DNA from: an uncultured Candidatus Rokubacteria bacterium | Lineage (GTDB): Bacteria; Methylomirabilota; Methylomirabilia; Rokubacteriales; CSP1-6 | Assembly (NCBI GenBank): GCA_963789955.1 | Contig: CAWBMV010000034.1 | Span: forward strand, 96,001 to 160,000 | Direction of reading: 5' to 3' | Length of the DNA stretch: 64,000 nucleotides | Shown: one piece after another, positions 50,796 to 60,617 of the stretch | Position numbering within the stretch: position 1 is the first letter of the stretch | Layout of the letters: each line of letters begins with the position of its first letter | Made by a program: the position numbers and the translations under genes | The notes under the pieces: model-generated | Told to the model about the DNA's origin: nothing | The model's database searches: none | Seen by the model: the letters and a program-made list of their open reading frames with translations, nothing else

Positions 50796-52115
50796 TCACG
50801 TCTCGACGTGTGCGTTCGGCGAACGCTCGCCGACCGGTGCGCGGGCCTCGCGCAGCTGTCGTGCGAGCGGCGCCCGGAGGCGCCCTGGCGTCACGCGGCG
50901 CACGTGCACCTCGTCGGCGCCGACGAAGACGCCGAGCGAGCTCAGCGCGCCGGCGACCCCGGCGATCGCCTCGTCCCGATCCAGGCGATCGGGTCCTCTC
51001 GGCGGCGTGGCGGCCGTCGCGAACCAGGGCTCGAAGTGCACGTGGCGAACCTCGAGCTTCCGATCGGCGCGGTGGGACTTGGCGTCGACGCGGCCGATGA
51101 GATGACCGTGATGCAGGATCGGAAGCGTGTAGTAGCCGTGCACGCGCTTGGGCCCGGGCGTGTAGACCTCGATGCGGTAGTCGAACCCGAAGAGCCGCGC
51201 GACCCGGTCGCGATGCCACAGCAGCGAGTCGAAGGGCGAGAGCAACGTCGTCCCGCGCGAGGTCGTGGCCGCCCGCCCGACGCGCCCCAGCGCCGGCAGA
51301 TCGCTGGTGAGGACGAGCCATCGCCCCGGCGCGCCCTCGAGCTCGACCTCGGTGACCTCGCCGCGCTCGAGCATCTCGCGCAGCGCGATGCGGCGAGCGC
51401 CGGGCCGGAAGCGAGGGAAGGTGAGATAGCGCGCCAGATCGAGCTCGGTCGCGGCGCCCATGGCGCGGAGCGATCGCTCGAGGTGCCAGCGCTGAAACTC
51501 GACCGTCGTGACCGGCGCGACGCCGAGCGCGTGCGGCATCGCGCGCTCGAGCAGGTCGTAGCGCTTCTGGAAGTGCTGGCGCGAGTGGATCGTGAGCGCC
51601 CCGGTCATCCAGAGATGGTGGAGCGCGTGCTGCACAGGCCGCCACGACCACCAGCCGCCGCGTCCCGGCGGGCGCCGTCCCTCGAAGTCGCCGTTGCCCA
51701 TGGGCCCGTTGGCCTGGACGGCTTCCCGCACCGTCTGCAGCATCTTGCCGTTGCGGCGCAGCCAGCCCGACCAGCCGGTGTGGCGGCTCTTGTAGTCGAG
51801 CATCGCGCGCCGCCACCACGGCAGGTCCGAGGCCGGGACGAGGCACGCGGCGTGCGCCCAGTACTCGAAGAGGAGCCGGCGCCGATAGACCTGGCGGTCG
51901 AGCCACGCCCGGTCGTAGGGGCCGAATCGGCTCCACACCGTCAGGTAGTGGGCGCGGTCGAGAACGTTGATCGAGTCGAGCTGGATCCCGCCGACATCCT
52001 CCACGAACCGGCGCAGGCGCGGCGCCGTCAACGGGGCCGCGTGCGGTCGAGCGAGGTGCTGTCGCTCGAGGAAGAGCCCGGTGACGGCGCGTAACGTAAC
52101 GCGGCGGCGCGGCAT
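50796..52115 (-). CDS. YcaQ/AlkZ family crosslink-repair DNA glycosylase
   Basis: IQLDSINVLDRAHY, FEYWAH, LLSPFDSL, FDYRIEVYTP..KR..GYY. Confidence 0.9.
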   Translation of the reverse strand: MPRRRVTLRAVTGLFLERQHLARPHAAPLTAPRLRRFVEDVGGIQLDSINVLDRAHYLTVWSRFGPYDRAWLDRQVYRRRLLFEYWAHAACLVPASDLPWWRRAMLDYKSRHTGWSGWLRRNGKMLQTVREAVQANGPMGNGDFEGRRPPGRGGWWSWRPVQHALHHLWMTGALTIHSRQHFQKRYDLLERAMPHALGVAPVTTVEFQRWHLERSLRAMGAATELDLARYLTFPRFRPGARRIALREMLERGEVTEVELEGAPGRWLVLTSDLPALGRVGRAATTSRGTTLLSPFDSLLWHRDRVARLFGFDYRIEVYTPGPKRVHGYYTLPILHHGHLIGRVDAKSHRADRKLEVRHVHFEPWFATAATPPRGPDRLDRDEAIAGVAGALSSLGVFVGADEVHVRRVTPGRLRAPLARQLREARAPVGERSPNAHVET

Positions 52116-52122
52116 GCGGCGG

Positions 52123-52132
52123 AGCTTATCAT
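52123..52132. promoter_or_regulatory. Bidirectional -10 element in front of two apparently leaderless divergent genes
   Basis: AGCTTATCAT: TATCAT lies 7 nt before ATG 52140 (+), and TAAGCT lies 7 nt before ATG 52115 (-). Confidence 0.6.
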
Positions 52133-52139
52133 CGATGTT

Positions 52140-53150
52140 ATGGCCCGCCGCGCGCCGCTGCTCTGGCTGCTCTCCGCCATCGTGCTGATCGTGCCGCTGG
52201 CGTACGGTCTCTATCCCGTGCGCAGCGCGGTCGAAGGCGTCGGGACGATCGAGCCGTTGTTCGAGGACCTCGTTCTCATCACGTCGGACTTCTCCGGCAT
52301 CGTCACCCGAATGCGCGTCGGTCTCCGGCAGGACGTCGATCGAGGCGAGCCGCTGTTCGAGTACCTGCCGGAAGGCCAGTGGGCGGTGCATCGGCTGCGG
52401 CGGCATGTCGCGGCCGAGCGGATCAAACCCCGCCGAACCGGCGCCGGCTCGAGCCGGAATGGTACCGTCGAGGGGAACCGGCGGCATGTGGCCCGAGCGG
52501 AGGCGATGCGCGACTGGATGAAGCGCGTCTATTCGCGGCCGCGGCCACTCGCGTGGGAGGGTCTCCTCGAGCAGCGCCTCAACGCGAAGATCGATCGCGA
52601 AGACCGGCGTCGCGATGGAGGAGGCGCAGGCTGCCGAGAACGTGCGGCTCGGGCGCGCGGATTTCAACCTGGTCCAGGTCATCGATCGCGGAGTCGGAAT
52701 GTATCGAGCCACCGAAGATGGCGAACCGTTCCCGAGCGCGATCGCGGGACATGGTCTATTCGCTCTGGATCACGCGGCGGTTTCAGTTCTCGGGCGCGGC
52801 GGCGCTGGGCGAGATCATGAGACCGGAGACTCCGCTCGAGGTGTTCGGGCTGGTCCCGATTCCGCCGCCGGCGCTCCGAGAGCTTCCCGGGTGGCGTGCC
52901 AGCCTCACGCCGCCCGGCGAGCGAACGCCCGTGCCCCTGGTGGTCAGCGCGATCGAGTTCGGCCACGTGCCGATCGATGCGGCGCGGCGCGAAGCTGATC
53001 TTCCCGGACCTGCCGGTCACCCGTGACAGCGTCTTCGTGCGTCTGAGGCTCGCCGAAGCGCCGCCGCGCGAGCGATGGGGCGCGCCGCTCCTGATCACGT
53101 TGACGTCGCCCGCGCGTCCTCGCCTGTGGCGCTGGCTCAGCGGCGCCTAG
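52140..53150 (+). CDS. Hypothetical membrane-anchored protein, HlyD/lipoyl-like; several frameshifts
   Basis: N-terminal TM helix, then G.IEP...ITSDFSGIVTRMRVGLRQDVDRGEPLF (half lipoyl motif); remainder pieced together across frames. Confidence 0.55.
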
Positions 53151-53183
53151 TCCTCCTCGTTGGGAGTGGTAGGCTAGCGATTC

Positions 53184-54836
53184 ATGGTCGACACCTTGCT
53201 GCCGCACGGCGAGAGCTACGGCGACGTCTACGCCCGCTTTCGCTGGACGATCCCGCCCGTCTACAACATCGCCATCGACGTCTGCGATCGCCACGCCGGC
53301 GATCGCTCGCGTGTCGCGCTCGTCTACGAGGACGACGCGGGCTCGGTGAGCGAGCACACGTTCGCCGAGTTTCGCGCCCGCTCGAACCAGCTGGCGCGCG
53401 TCTTCGCCGGTCTCGGGATCGTGCGCGGCGATCGGGTCGGCATCGTGCTTCCGCAGCGGCCGGAGACCGCGGTCGCTCATCTGGCGGCGTACAAGCTCGG
53501 CGCCGTCGCGCTGCCGCTGTCGACGCTGTTCGGCCCCGAGGCCCTCGAGTACCGGTTGCGCGACGCCGGCGCGAAGATCGTCGTGACGGACGCCGAGAAT
53601 CTCGACCGCGTGCTGGCCGTCTCCAAGGGCTTGCCCGCGCTCACGCGCGTGATCTCGGTCGACCGCGCCGATGCCGACGGCGTGATCGAGTACGCCAGGG
53701 CGATCGCGCGTGAGTCCGACTCGCTCGAGCCGGTCGCCACCGCGGCCGAGGATCCGGCGATCCTCATCTACACGTCGGGGACGACCGGGCCGCCGAAAGG
53801 CGCGCTGCACGCCCATCGCGTGCTCCTGGGCCATCTGCCGGCGATCGAGTTCTATCACGAGTATTTTCCCAAGCCCGGCGACCGCCACTGGAGCCCCGCG
53901 GACTGGGCGTGGGCCGGCGGACTGCTCGACGTGCTGCTCCCGAGCTGGCACTACGGCGTGCCGGTCGTCGCCCATCGCCCGAAGAAGTTCGACGCCGAGC
54001 GCGCCTTCGACGTCCTCGCGCGGCACAGGGTCCGCAACACGTTCCTCGTGCCGACGATGCTCAAGATGATGCGTTCCGTCGGCGACCCGCGCGGGCGGTA
54101 CGCTCTCGAGCTGCGCTCGATGTTCACGGGCGGCGAGGCCGTGGGCGAAGAGGTGATCCGGTGGTCGCGCGAGGCGCTCGGCGTCACGCCGCACGAAGGA
54201 TTCGGGCAGACCGAGGTGAACCTCGTCCTCGGCAATTGCTCGCTCCTGATGCCGGTGAAGCCCGGATCGATGGGGCGCCCGGTCCCCGGCCACGTCGTCG
54301 ACGTCGTGGACGACAAGGGCGCGGCCGTCCCGGCCGGCGAGGTCGGCGAGGTGGCGGTGCGCCGCCCGGATCCCGTGATGTTCTTGCGGTACTGGAACAA
54401 CGAGACGGCGACCCGCGAGAAGTTCGCCGGCGACTGGGCGCTCACGGGCGATCTCGCGCGGAAGGACAGCGACGGCTATTTCTGGTTCGTCGGCCGCAAG
54501 GACGATTTGATCTCGAGCGGCGGCTACCGCATCGGCCCGAGCGAGATCGAGGACTGTCTGCACGGGCACCCGGCGGTCGCGCTCGCCGCGGCGATCGGCG
54601 CGCCCGACCCGGTGCGCGGCGAGGTGGTCAAGGCGTTCGTCCAGCTCCACCCGGGGGGCGCCGGCACGGCCGAGCTGGCGCGCGACCTCCAGGCCTGGGT
54701 GCGCACGCGCCTTTCCGCGCACGAATACCCACGTGAGATAGAATTCATCGAAGCGATTCCGGTGACGACGACGGGCAAGGTGCGGCGCGCCGACCTGAGG
54801 CAGCTCGAACGCCGGCGACGCGGACTGGAGACCTGA
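53184..54836 (+). CDS. Acyl-CoA synthetase (AMP-forming)
   Basis: YTSGTTGPPKG, EGFGQTE, TGD, GRKDDLI..GYRIGP.EIE, TTGKV. Confidence 0.93.
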   Translation: MVDTLLPHGESYGDVYARFRWTIPPVYNIAIDVCDRHAGDRSRVALVYEDDAGSVSEHTFAEFRARSNQLARVFAGLGIVRGDRVGIVLPQRPETAVAHLAAYKLGAVALPLSTLFGPEALEYRLRDAGAKIVVTDAENLDRVLAVSKGLPALTRVISVDRADADGVIEYARAIARESDSLEPVATAAEDPAILIYTSGTTGPPKGALHAHRVLLGHLPAIEFYHEYFPKPGDRHWSPADWAWAGGLLDVLLPSWHYGVPVVAHRPKKFDAERAFDVLARHRVRNTFLVPTMLKMMRSVGDPRGRYALELRSMFTGGEAVGEEVIRWSREALGVTPHEGFGQTEVNLVLGNCSLLMPVKPGSMGRPVPGHVVDVVDDKGAAVPAGEVGEVAVRRPDPVMFLRYWNNETATREKFAGDWALTGDLARKDSDGYFWFVGRKDDLISSGGYRIGPSEIEDCLHGHPAVALAAAIGAPDPVRGEVVKAFVQLHPGGAGTAELARDLQAWVRTRLSAHEYPREIEFIEAIPVTTTGKVRRADLRQLERRRRGLET

Positions 54837-54837
54837 G

Positions 54838-55824
54838 ATGGGCTACGACTACAAGAAGCACTTCGGCGAGATCCTCCTGACGGAAGACCTGACAACCTTG
54901 CCGGAGGAACGGACGTGGCGCCAGCAGGCCCCCGAGAAGGAGGCGGAGCCGCACCAGATCGTGCTCTACCTCGGCTGCAACGTGCTGCGCACCTCGCACA
55001 TGATCCGCACGGTCACCGCGATCTTCGACCGGCTCGGGCTCGACTACGTCGCCGTCGGCGGTCCGACCTACTGCTGTGGCATCGTCCACCACCGAAACGG
55101 CGACACCGCGGCGTCGGGCGGGATGAACAAGCGCACCGTCGAGCTCTTCCAGCGCTACAAGCCCGAAGAGGTCGTGATGTGGTGCCCGTCGTGCATGTTC
55201 TTCTACGACGAGATCCAGAAGTTCCCGTGGCCGTTCCCGGTGCGTCACACGACCGAGTTCCTGGCCGATCGTCTGCCGTCGATCAATTTCACGCACCGGG
55301 TCGACCAGACGGTGGCGCTCCACTATCACAGCCAGAGCGCGCCGCGCCTGCGTGAAGGCGCCGCGGGGCGCCGTCTGCTCGAAGCGGTGCCCGGTCTGCG
55401 TGTCGTCGACGTGGGGTCCGAGCCGCGGCTCGGCCGTCTCTGCACCGCGGACGTGCAGGCGCAGCTCGGCCAGGACGTCTGGGACGCGCTGATCCGCGAC
55501 GAGATCGCTCGGGCGCGCGCCGGCGGCGCCGAGACGCTCGCGACGATCTATCACGGCTGCCAGCGGCTCATGTGCGGCTTCGAGGCCGAAGGCCAGCTCG
55601 CGATCGAGCACTATCTCTCGGTGTTCGCGCGCGGCCTCGGCATCGAGTTCGAGGATCGGTACAAGACGTTCCGCCTCTGGCAGGATCCGGAGCGTGTCCT
55701 GGAGGAGTCCACCCCGTGCCAGACCGCGAATCACGTCGATTCGGCGCGCGCGCGACAGCTGGTCGAGAAGACCTTCGGGCGCATCACCGTGACACCGGAC
55801 GGGAGAACCGGGGCCGCGTCGTAA
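54838..55824 (+). CDS. CCG-domain (HdrB/GlpC-like) Fe-S protein
   Basis: YLGCN, YCCG, WCPSC, then degenerate second repeat (LC...YHGC). Confidence 0.75.
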   Translation: MGYDYKKHFGEILLTEDLTTLPEERTWRQQAPEKEAEPHQIVLYLGCNVLRTSHMIRTVTAIFDRLGLDYVAVGGPTYCCGIVHHRNGDTAASGGMNKRTVELFQRYKPEEVVMWCPSCMFFYDEIQKFPWPFPVRHTTEFLADRLPSINFTHRVDQTVALHYHSQSAPRLREGAAGRRLLEAVPGLRVVDVGSEPRLGRLCTADVQAQLGQDVWDALIRDEIARARAGGAETLATIYHGCQRLMCGFEAEGQLAIEHYLSVFARGLGIEFEDRYKTFRLWQDPERVLEESTPCQTANHVDSARARQLVEKTFGRITVTPDGRTGAAS

Positions 55825-55855
55825 GCGCGCCACGCTCGGCGGCCGGCAAACGCTA

Positions 55856-56875
55856 GTGGAGATCGGGCTCTTCACCGAGTTCGAGTGGCGGCCGGGAGTC
55901 GACGAGGCCCAGGCCTTCGACGACTCGTTGATCCAGGCGACCGTCGCCGAGGACCTCGGCTACGACGCCGTGTGGCTGGCCGAGCTGCACTTCCAGAAGG
56001 AACGCTCGGTCCTGTCCTCACCCCTCGTCGTCGGCGCGACGATCGCCGGCCGGACGAAGCGCCTGAAGATCGGGTTCGCCGTCCAGGTGCTGCCCTTGAT
56101 CCATCCGCTGCGCCTCGCCGAGGACGTCGCGACGCTCGATCACGTCAGCAAAGGACGACTCGAGTTCGGCGTGGGCCGAAGCGGTCTGCCCGAGCACTAC
56201 ACGGGCTTCAGCATCCCCTACGAGGAAAGCCAGGAGCGATTCGACGAGACGCTCGAGATCCTCCTGAAGGCGTGGACCGAGGAGCGGTTCACGTACGAGG
56301 GCAAGTACTTTCAGTTCCACGACGTCTGCGCGATCCCCAAGCCGTACCAGAAGCCGCACCCGCCGCTCCGCGTCGCGGCGACGTCCGAGGAGTCGTACGC
56401 GGCCGTCGGACGCCGCGGGCTGCCGATCTTCCTGGCGGTGAGGACGTCGAGCATCAGCGAGCTGGAGAGTTACGTCGGCGCCTATCATGCCGCCTGGCGC
56501 GAGGCCGGCCACCGCGGCCGTGGCGAGGTGGCCGCGATCCTGCCGGTCTACGTCGCCGAGACGGAGCGCGCCGCGCGGGAGGAGACCGAGGCGAGCGCGA
56601 TGCACTTCTTTCGCTCGGTCGGTGACGCGCTCGCCGCCGGTCCGCGACACGCGGTCGGGGAGCGCCTGCGCCGCCTGAGCTTCGACGAGGTCCTGAAGGA
56701 CTACGCTGTCTACGGCACGGCCGAGCGCGTCGTCGATCGCATCGAAGAGCTGCGCGCGGCCATCGGCTTCACGAAGCTCGCCGTCTGGATGAACGTCGGC
56801 TCGCGCGTGCCGCAGGAGCGCGTGCTGGCCTCGATGCGGCGCTTCGCCGAGCTCGTGGCCCCGCGGCTCACCTAG
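55856..56875 (+). CDS. Luciferase-like (LLM) flavin-dependent oxidoreductase
   Basis: AEDLGYDAVWLAELHF, HPLRLAEDVATLD..S.GR, PKPYQKPHPP. Confidence 0.92.
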   Translation: MEIGLFTEFEWRPGVDEAQAFDDSLIQATVAEDLGYDAVWLAELHFQKERSVLSSPLVVGATIAGRTKRLKIGFAVQVLPLIHPLRLAEDVATLDHVSKGRLEFGVGRSGLPEHYTGFSIPYEESQERFDETLEILLKAWTEERFTYEGKYFQFHDVCAIPKPYQKPHPPLRVAATSEESYAAVGRRGLPIFLAVRTSSISELESYVGAYHAAWREAGHRGRGEVAAILPVYVAETERAAREETEASAMHFFRSVGDALAAGPRHAVGERLRRLSFDEVLKDYAVYGTAERVVDRIEELRAAIGFTKLAVWMNVGSRVPQERVLASMRRFAELVAPRLT

Positions 56876-56917
56876 CCGCTCGCGGGGCCGCCCGGACCCC
56901 GGCTCACGCGCGGCCGC

Positions 56918-58586
56918 CTACACGAACGAGGGGTCGATCCTGACGTCGACGAGGTGCGGACCACCGCTGGCGAGGGCCCGGCCGACCGCCGGCCCGATGT
57001 CCGACGTCTTCTCCACCCGCGTGCCGGGAACGCCGAGCGAGCGGGCCAGGCCGACGAAATCGATCTGCGGGCGGTCGAGGTCCATCGCGACGTAGTGATC
57101 GTCCTCGGCCGAGAAGCCCTTCAACGCCTTCGTCCGCTGCTTCAGGATCCGGTACGATGTGTTGTTGAAGATGACGTAGACGACCGCGAGCGATTCGCGC
57201 GCCGCCGTCCAGAGAGCCTGGTTCGTGTACATCGAGCTTCCGTCGCCGACCAGCGCGACGACCGGCCGATTCGGCAGCGCGAGCTTCACGCCGAGTGCGG
57301 CCGGCAGCCCCCAGCCGATGCCGCCGCCCCGCAGCCCGAAGAAGCTCTTCGAGTCGGCGCACGTGAAGAAGTGACGGATGCCCTGCGAGGACGAGATCGC
57401 CTCGTCGACGATGACCGCGTCGGGCGGCGTGACCTTCGAGACCTCGTGCATCAAGGTCAGGGGAGAGATCGGCACGCGCGAGGCTTCGGCCTCGGCGCGC
57501 TTCGTCAGCTCCGCGCGCTCGGCCGCGAACGCCGCGGTGACGGCCTCCCGGCGCCGGGCGGCCAGGGGATGACCGTTCTTGCCGGTGTTGCGCCGGATCG
57601 CCTCGGCCAGCTCGGGCAGGGTGGCCTTGGGCTCGCCGAAGATCGCCACCTCGGCCGGATAGTTCTTGCCGAGCTCCCACGGGTTCACGTCGAGATGCAC
57701 GACCTTGAGCCCGGGCGGCATCGGATCGACGTCGTCGGGCAAGGAGAGCGTGAAGAGATCGCCGCCGACCGAGAACAGCAGGTCGTGGCGCATCAGGAGC
57801 GCGCGGATCGTCGGGCCGATGCGCGGCATCGAGCCGGCGTGGAGCGGATGCTTGAACGGGAACGAGCACGTGCTCGCGATCCCTTCCGCGATCACCGGCG
57901 CGCCCAGCAGCTCGGCCACCTCGGCGAGCTCCGCCAGCGCGTCGCCATGCGCGACCGCGTCGCCCGCGATGATCAGCGGGTTCTGCGCCTTGGCCAAGAG
58001 CTCGGCGGCGCGCGCGACGCCGCGCGATCACCGACGATGCGCGGGCGACGCGCGTGGGCGCGCCGAGATCCAGATCGCGCTCGGCGTTCAGCACGTCGAC
58101 CGGCAGCGAGAGGAAGACGGGCCCGCTCGGGTGCGAGAAGGCGGTCTTCACCGCGCGGTGCACGATGCGCGGCAGGTCCTCGAGCCGGCGCGCCTCGGTC
58201 GACCACTTCACGAGCGGCGCGGCCATCGGCGGCAGATCCGACCAGAGGATCGGCTCGGTCACGTTGAATCCCTGATCGTGCTGGCCCGCGGTGAGCAGCA
58301 TCGGCGCGCCCGACTTGCTCGCGTCGTAGAGCATCCCCATCGCGTTGCCGAGCCCGGGCGACACGTGCACGTTCACGGCCGCGAGGCCGCCGCTGGCCTG
58401 CGCGTAGGCATCGGCCATCGCGATCGCGACGGCCTCCTGCAGCGCCAGCACGTAGTGGATGCCGGGCTCGCGCGCGAGCCCGTCCATCAGCGGCAATTCC
58501 GTCGTGCCGGGATTGCCGAACATGACCGAGACGCCTTCCTGCTTGAGGATCTTGAGGAACGCTTGCTTGCCGGTGATGTATGCCAT
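56918..58586 (-). CDS. ThDP-dependent enzyme, benzoylformate decarboxylase-like; frameshift near 58030
   Basis: FGNPGTTELP, LQEAVA..MAD, GLGNAMG, GGIGWG, GDGS...NN.SY. Confidence 0.9.
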
Positions 58587-58595
58587 GGTTCGCAG

Positions 58596-58605
58596 ATGGT
58601 AAGCT
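58596..58605. promoter_or_regulatory. Bidirectional -10 element
   Basis: ATGGTAAGCT: TAAGCT lies 7 nt before hemE GTG 58613, and TACCAT lies 9 nt before ATG 58586 (-). Confidence 0.55.
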
Positions 58606-58612
58606 CATTTTC

Positions 58613-59650
58613 GTGTCACTTCCAGATGCGGCACTCCTGCGCGCCGCGCGCCGCCAGCCGACGTCCTACACGCCGGTATGGCTCATGCGGCAGGCCGGCC
58701 GCTACATGCCGGAGTACCGCGCGATGCGCGAGCGCTACGGCTTTCTCGAGCTCGCGCGCAATCCCGAGGCGGCGGCCGAGGTCACCTTGCAACCGATCGC
58801 GCGCCTCGGCGTCGACGCGGCGATCCTCTTCGCCGACATTCTCTTGATCGTCGAGCCGCTCGGCGTCGGGCTCGAGTTCGCGAAGGGCGAGGGCCCGGTC
58901 ATCCATCGGCCCGTGCGCAGCGAAGCCGCGATCGCGCGCCTGCCGCGCGTCGACGTCGACGCCGCGGTGCCGTTCGTGTTCGAGGCGGTACGCCGCGTGA
59001 AGCAGGCGCTCGCCGGCAAGGTGCCGCTGATCGGCTTCGCCGGCGCGCCGTTCACGGTCGCGTCCTATGTGGTCGAGGGCGGACCGTCGCGCGACTATCT
59101 GCACACCAAGCGCCTCATGTACGAGGAGCCCGAGGGCTGGAGCCGGCTCATGGGGATTCTCGTCGACGCGACCGCGAAGTATCTCAACGGGCAGATCGCG
59201 GCCGGCGCGGAGGCCGTCCAGATCTTCGATTCGTGGGTCGGCGTCCTGGCGCCGGAGGACTACCGCACGTTCGTGCTGCCGCACACGCGCGCGCTGATCC
59301 GCGCGCTGACCCCCGGCATTCCGGTCATCCACTTCGGGACGGGCACCGCGTCGCTCTTGCCCTCGATGCGCGCGGCGGGTGGCGACGTGATCGGGCTGGA
59401 CTGGCGCGTGGATCTCGATGCGGGATGGACCGCGGTGGGCCACGATGTCGCCGTCCAGGGCAACCTCGATCCGGTCGTGCTGCTCTCGAAGCCCGCCTAC
59501 ATCCGCCAGCGCGTGAAAGACATCCTCGAGCGCGCCGGCGGCCGCCCCGGGCACATCTTCAACCTGGGCCACGGGATTCTTCCGCAGACGCCGGTGGAGC
59601 ACGCGCGCGCGCTCATCGAGATGGTTCACGAACTGTCCGACCGGCGATGA
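58613..59650 (+). CDS. hemE: Uroporphyrinogen decarboxylase
   Basis: PVWLMRQAGRYMPEY, DAAILFADI, IGFAGAPFT, FDSW, QGNLDP, HIFNLGHG. Confidence 0.96.
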   Translation: MSLPDAALLRAARRQPTSYTPVWLMRQAGRYMPEYRAMRERYGFLELARNPEAAAEVTLQPIARLGVDAAILFADILLIVEPLGVGLEFAKGEGPVIHRPVRSEAAIARLPRVDVDAAVPFVFEAVRRVKQALAGKVPLIGFAGAPFTVASYVVEGGPSRDYLHTKRLMYEEPEGWSRLMGILVDATAKYLNGQIAAGAEAVQIFDSWVGVLAPEDYRTFVLPHTRALIRALTPGIPVIHFGTGTASLLPSMRAAGGDVIGLDWRVDLDAGWTAVGHDVAVQGNLDPVVLLSKPAYIRQRVKDILERAGGRPGHIFNLGHGILPQTPVEHARALIEMVHELSDRR

Positions 59651-60592
59651 GCTTCATCGACTCGGTGCTGCTGGTCGCCTTCGGCGGCCCGACGGCGCCG
59701 CACGAGATCCGGCCCTTTCTCGAGATCGTCACGCCGCGGGCGCGGCATTCCGGCCGAGCGGCTCGAAGAGGTCGCGCACCACTACGAGCAGATGCCGGGG
59801 GGCCGCTCGCCGCTCACCGAGCTCACGTTCGCCCAGGCGCGCGGCCTCGAGAAAGCGCTGGCCGGCTCGGGGCCCGCGCTCCCGGTGTTCGTCGGGATGC
59901 GCAACTGGCACCCGTTCCTGCACGAGACGCTCACCGAGATGGCGGACAAGGGCGCGCGGCGGGCGCTCGCGGTCATTCTCTCGCCGCTTCGCACCGAGGC
60001 CTCGTGGGATCGCTACATGCAAGACGTCGCCGAGGCGCGGGCGCGCGTCAATGGCGCGCCCGAGGTCGGGTTCGCCCCGCCGTGGTTCGAGAACTCACGC
60101 TTCGTGGCGGCGGTGGCCGATCGCGCGCATGCGGCGCTCGCCGAAGTGCCCGCGGAGGCGCAGGCGTGGACGCCGCTCGTGTTCACGGCGCACAGCGTTC
60201 CCACGGCGATGGCCGACGTGTCGCCCTACGTGTCGGACCTGACGGCGGCGGTGCGCGCCGTGGTCAGGCGCCTGGGCCACCCGCGATGGTCGATCGCCTA
60301 TCAGAGCCGGAGCGGAAGCCCCAGACAGCCGTGGCTCGAGCCTGACGTCGGCGATGTGCTCCGCCGGCTGGCGGCCGACGGCGAGCATCACGCGGTCGTC
60401 GTGCCGATCGGCTTCGTGTGCGATCACGTCGAGGTGCTGTACGACCTCGACGTCGAGGCGCGCCGTGTCGCGGCCGGCGCCGGGCTCGAGCTTCATCGCG
60501 CGGCGGCGGTGAACGACCATCCCGAGTTCGTCGCGATGCTGGCCGATCTCGTCCGCGGGGCCCACGGCGGCGCCCGCGCCGGTCTGCGGTGA
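59647..60592 (+). CDS. hemH: Ferrochelatase (coproporphyrin-type); frameshift near 59735
   Basis: FGGP, GMRNWHP, FTAHSVP, YQSRSG...WLEP, GFVCDHVEVLYDLD. Confidence 0.92.
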
Positions 60593-60617
60593 GGTCGGCG
60601 TCCGGCCGCACGGTGAG

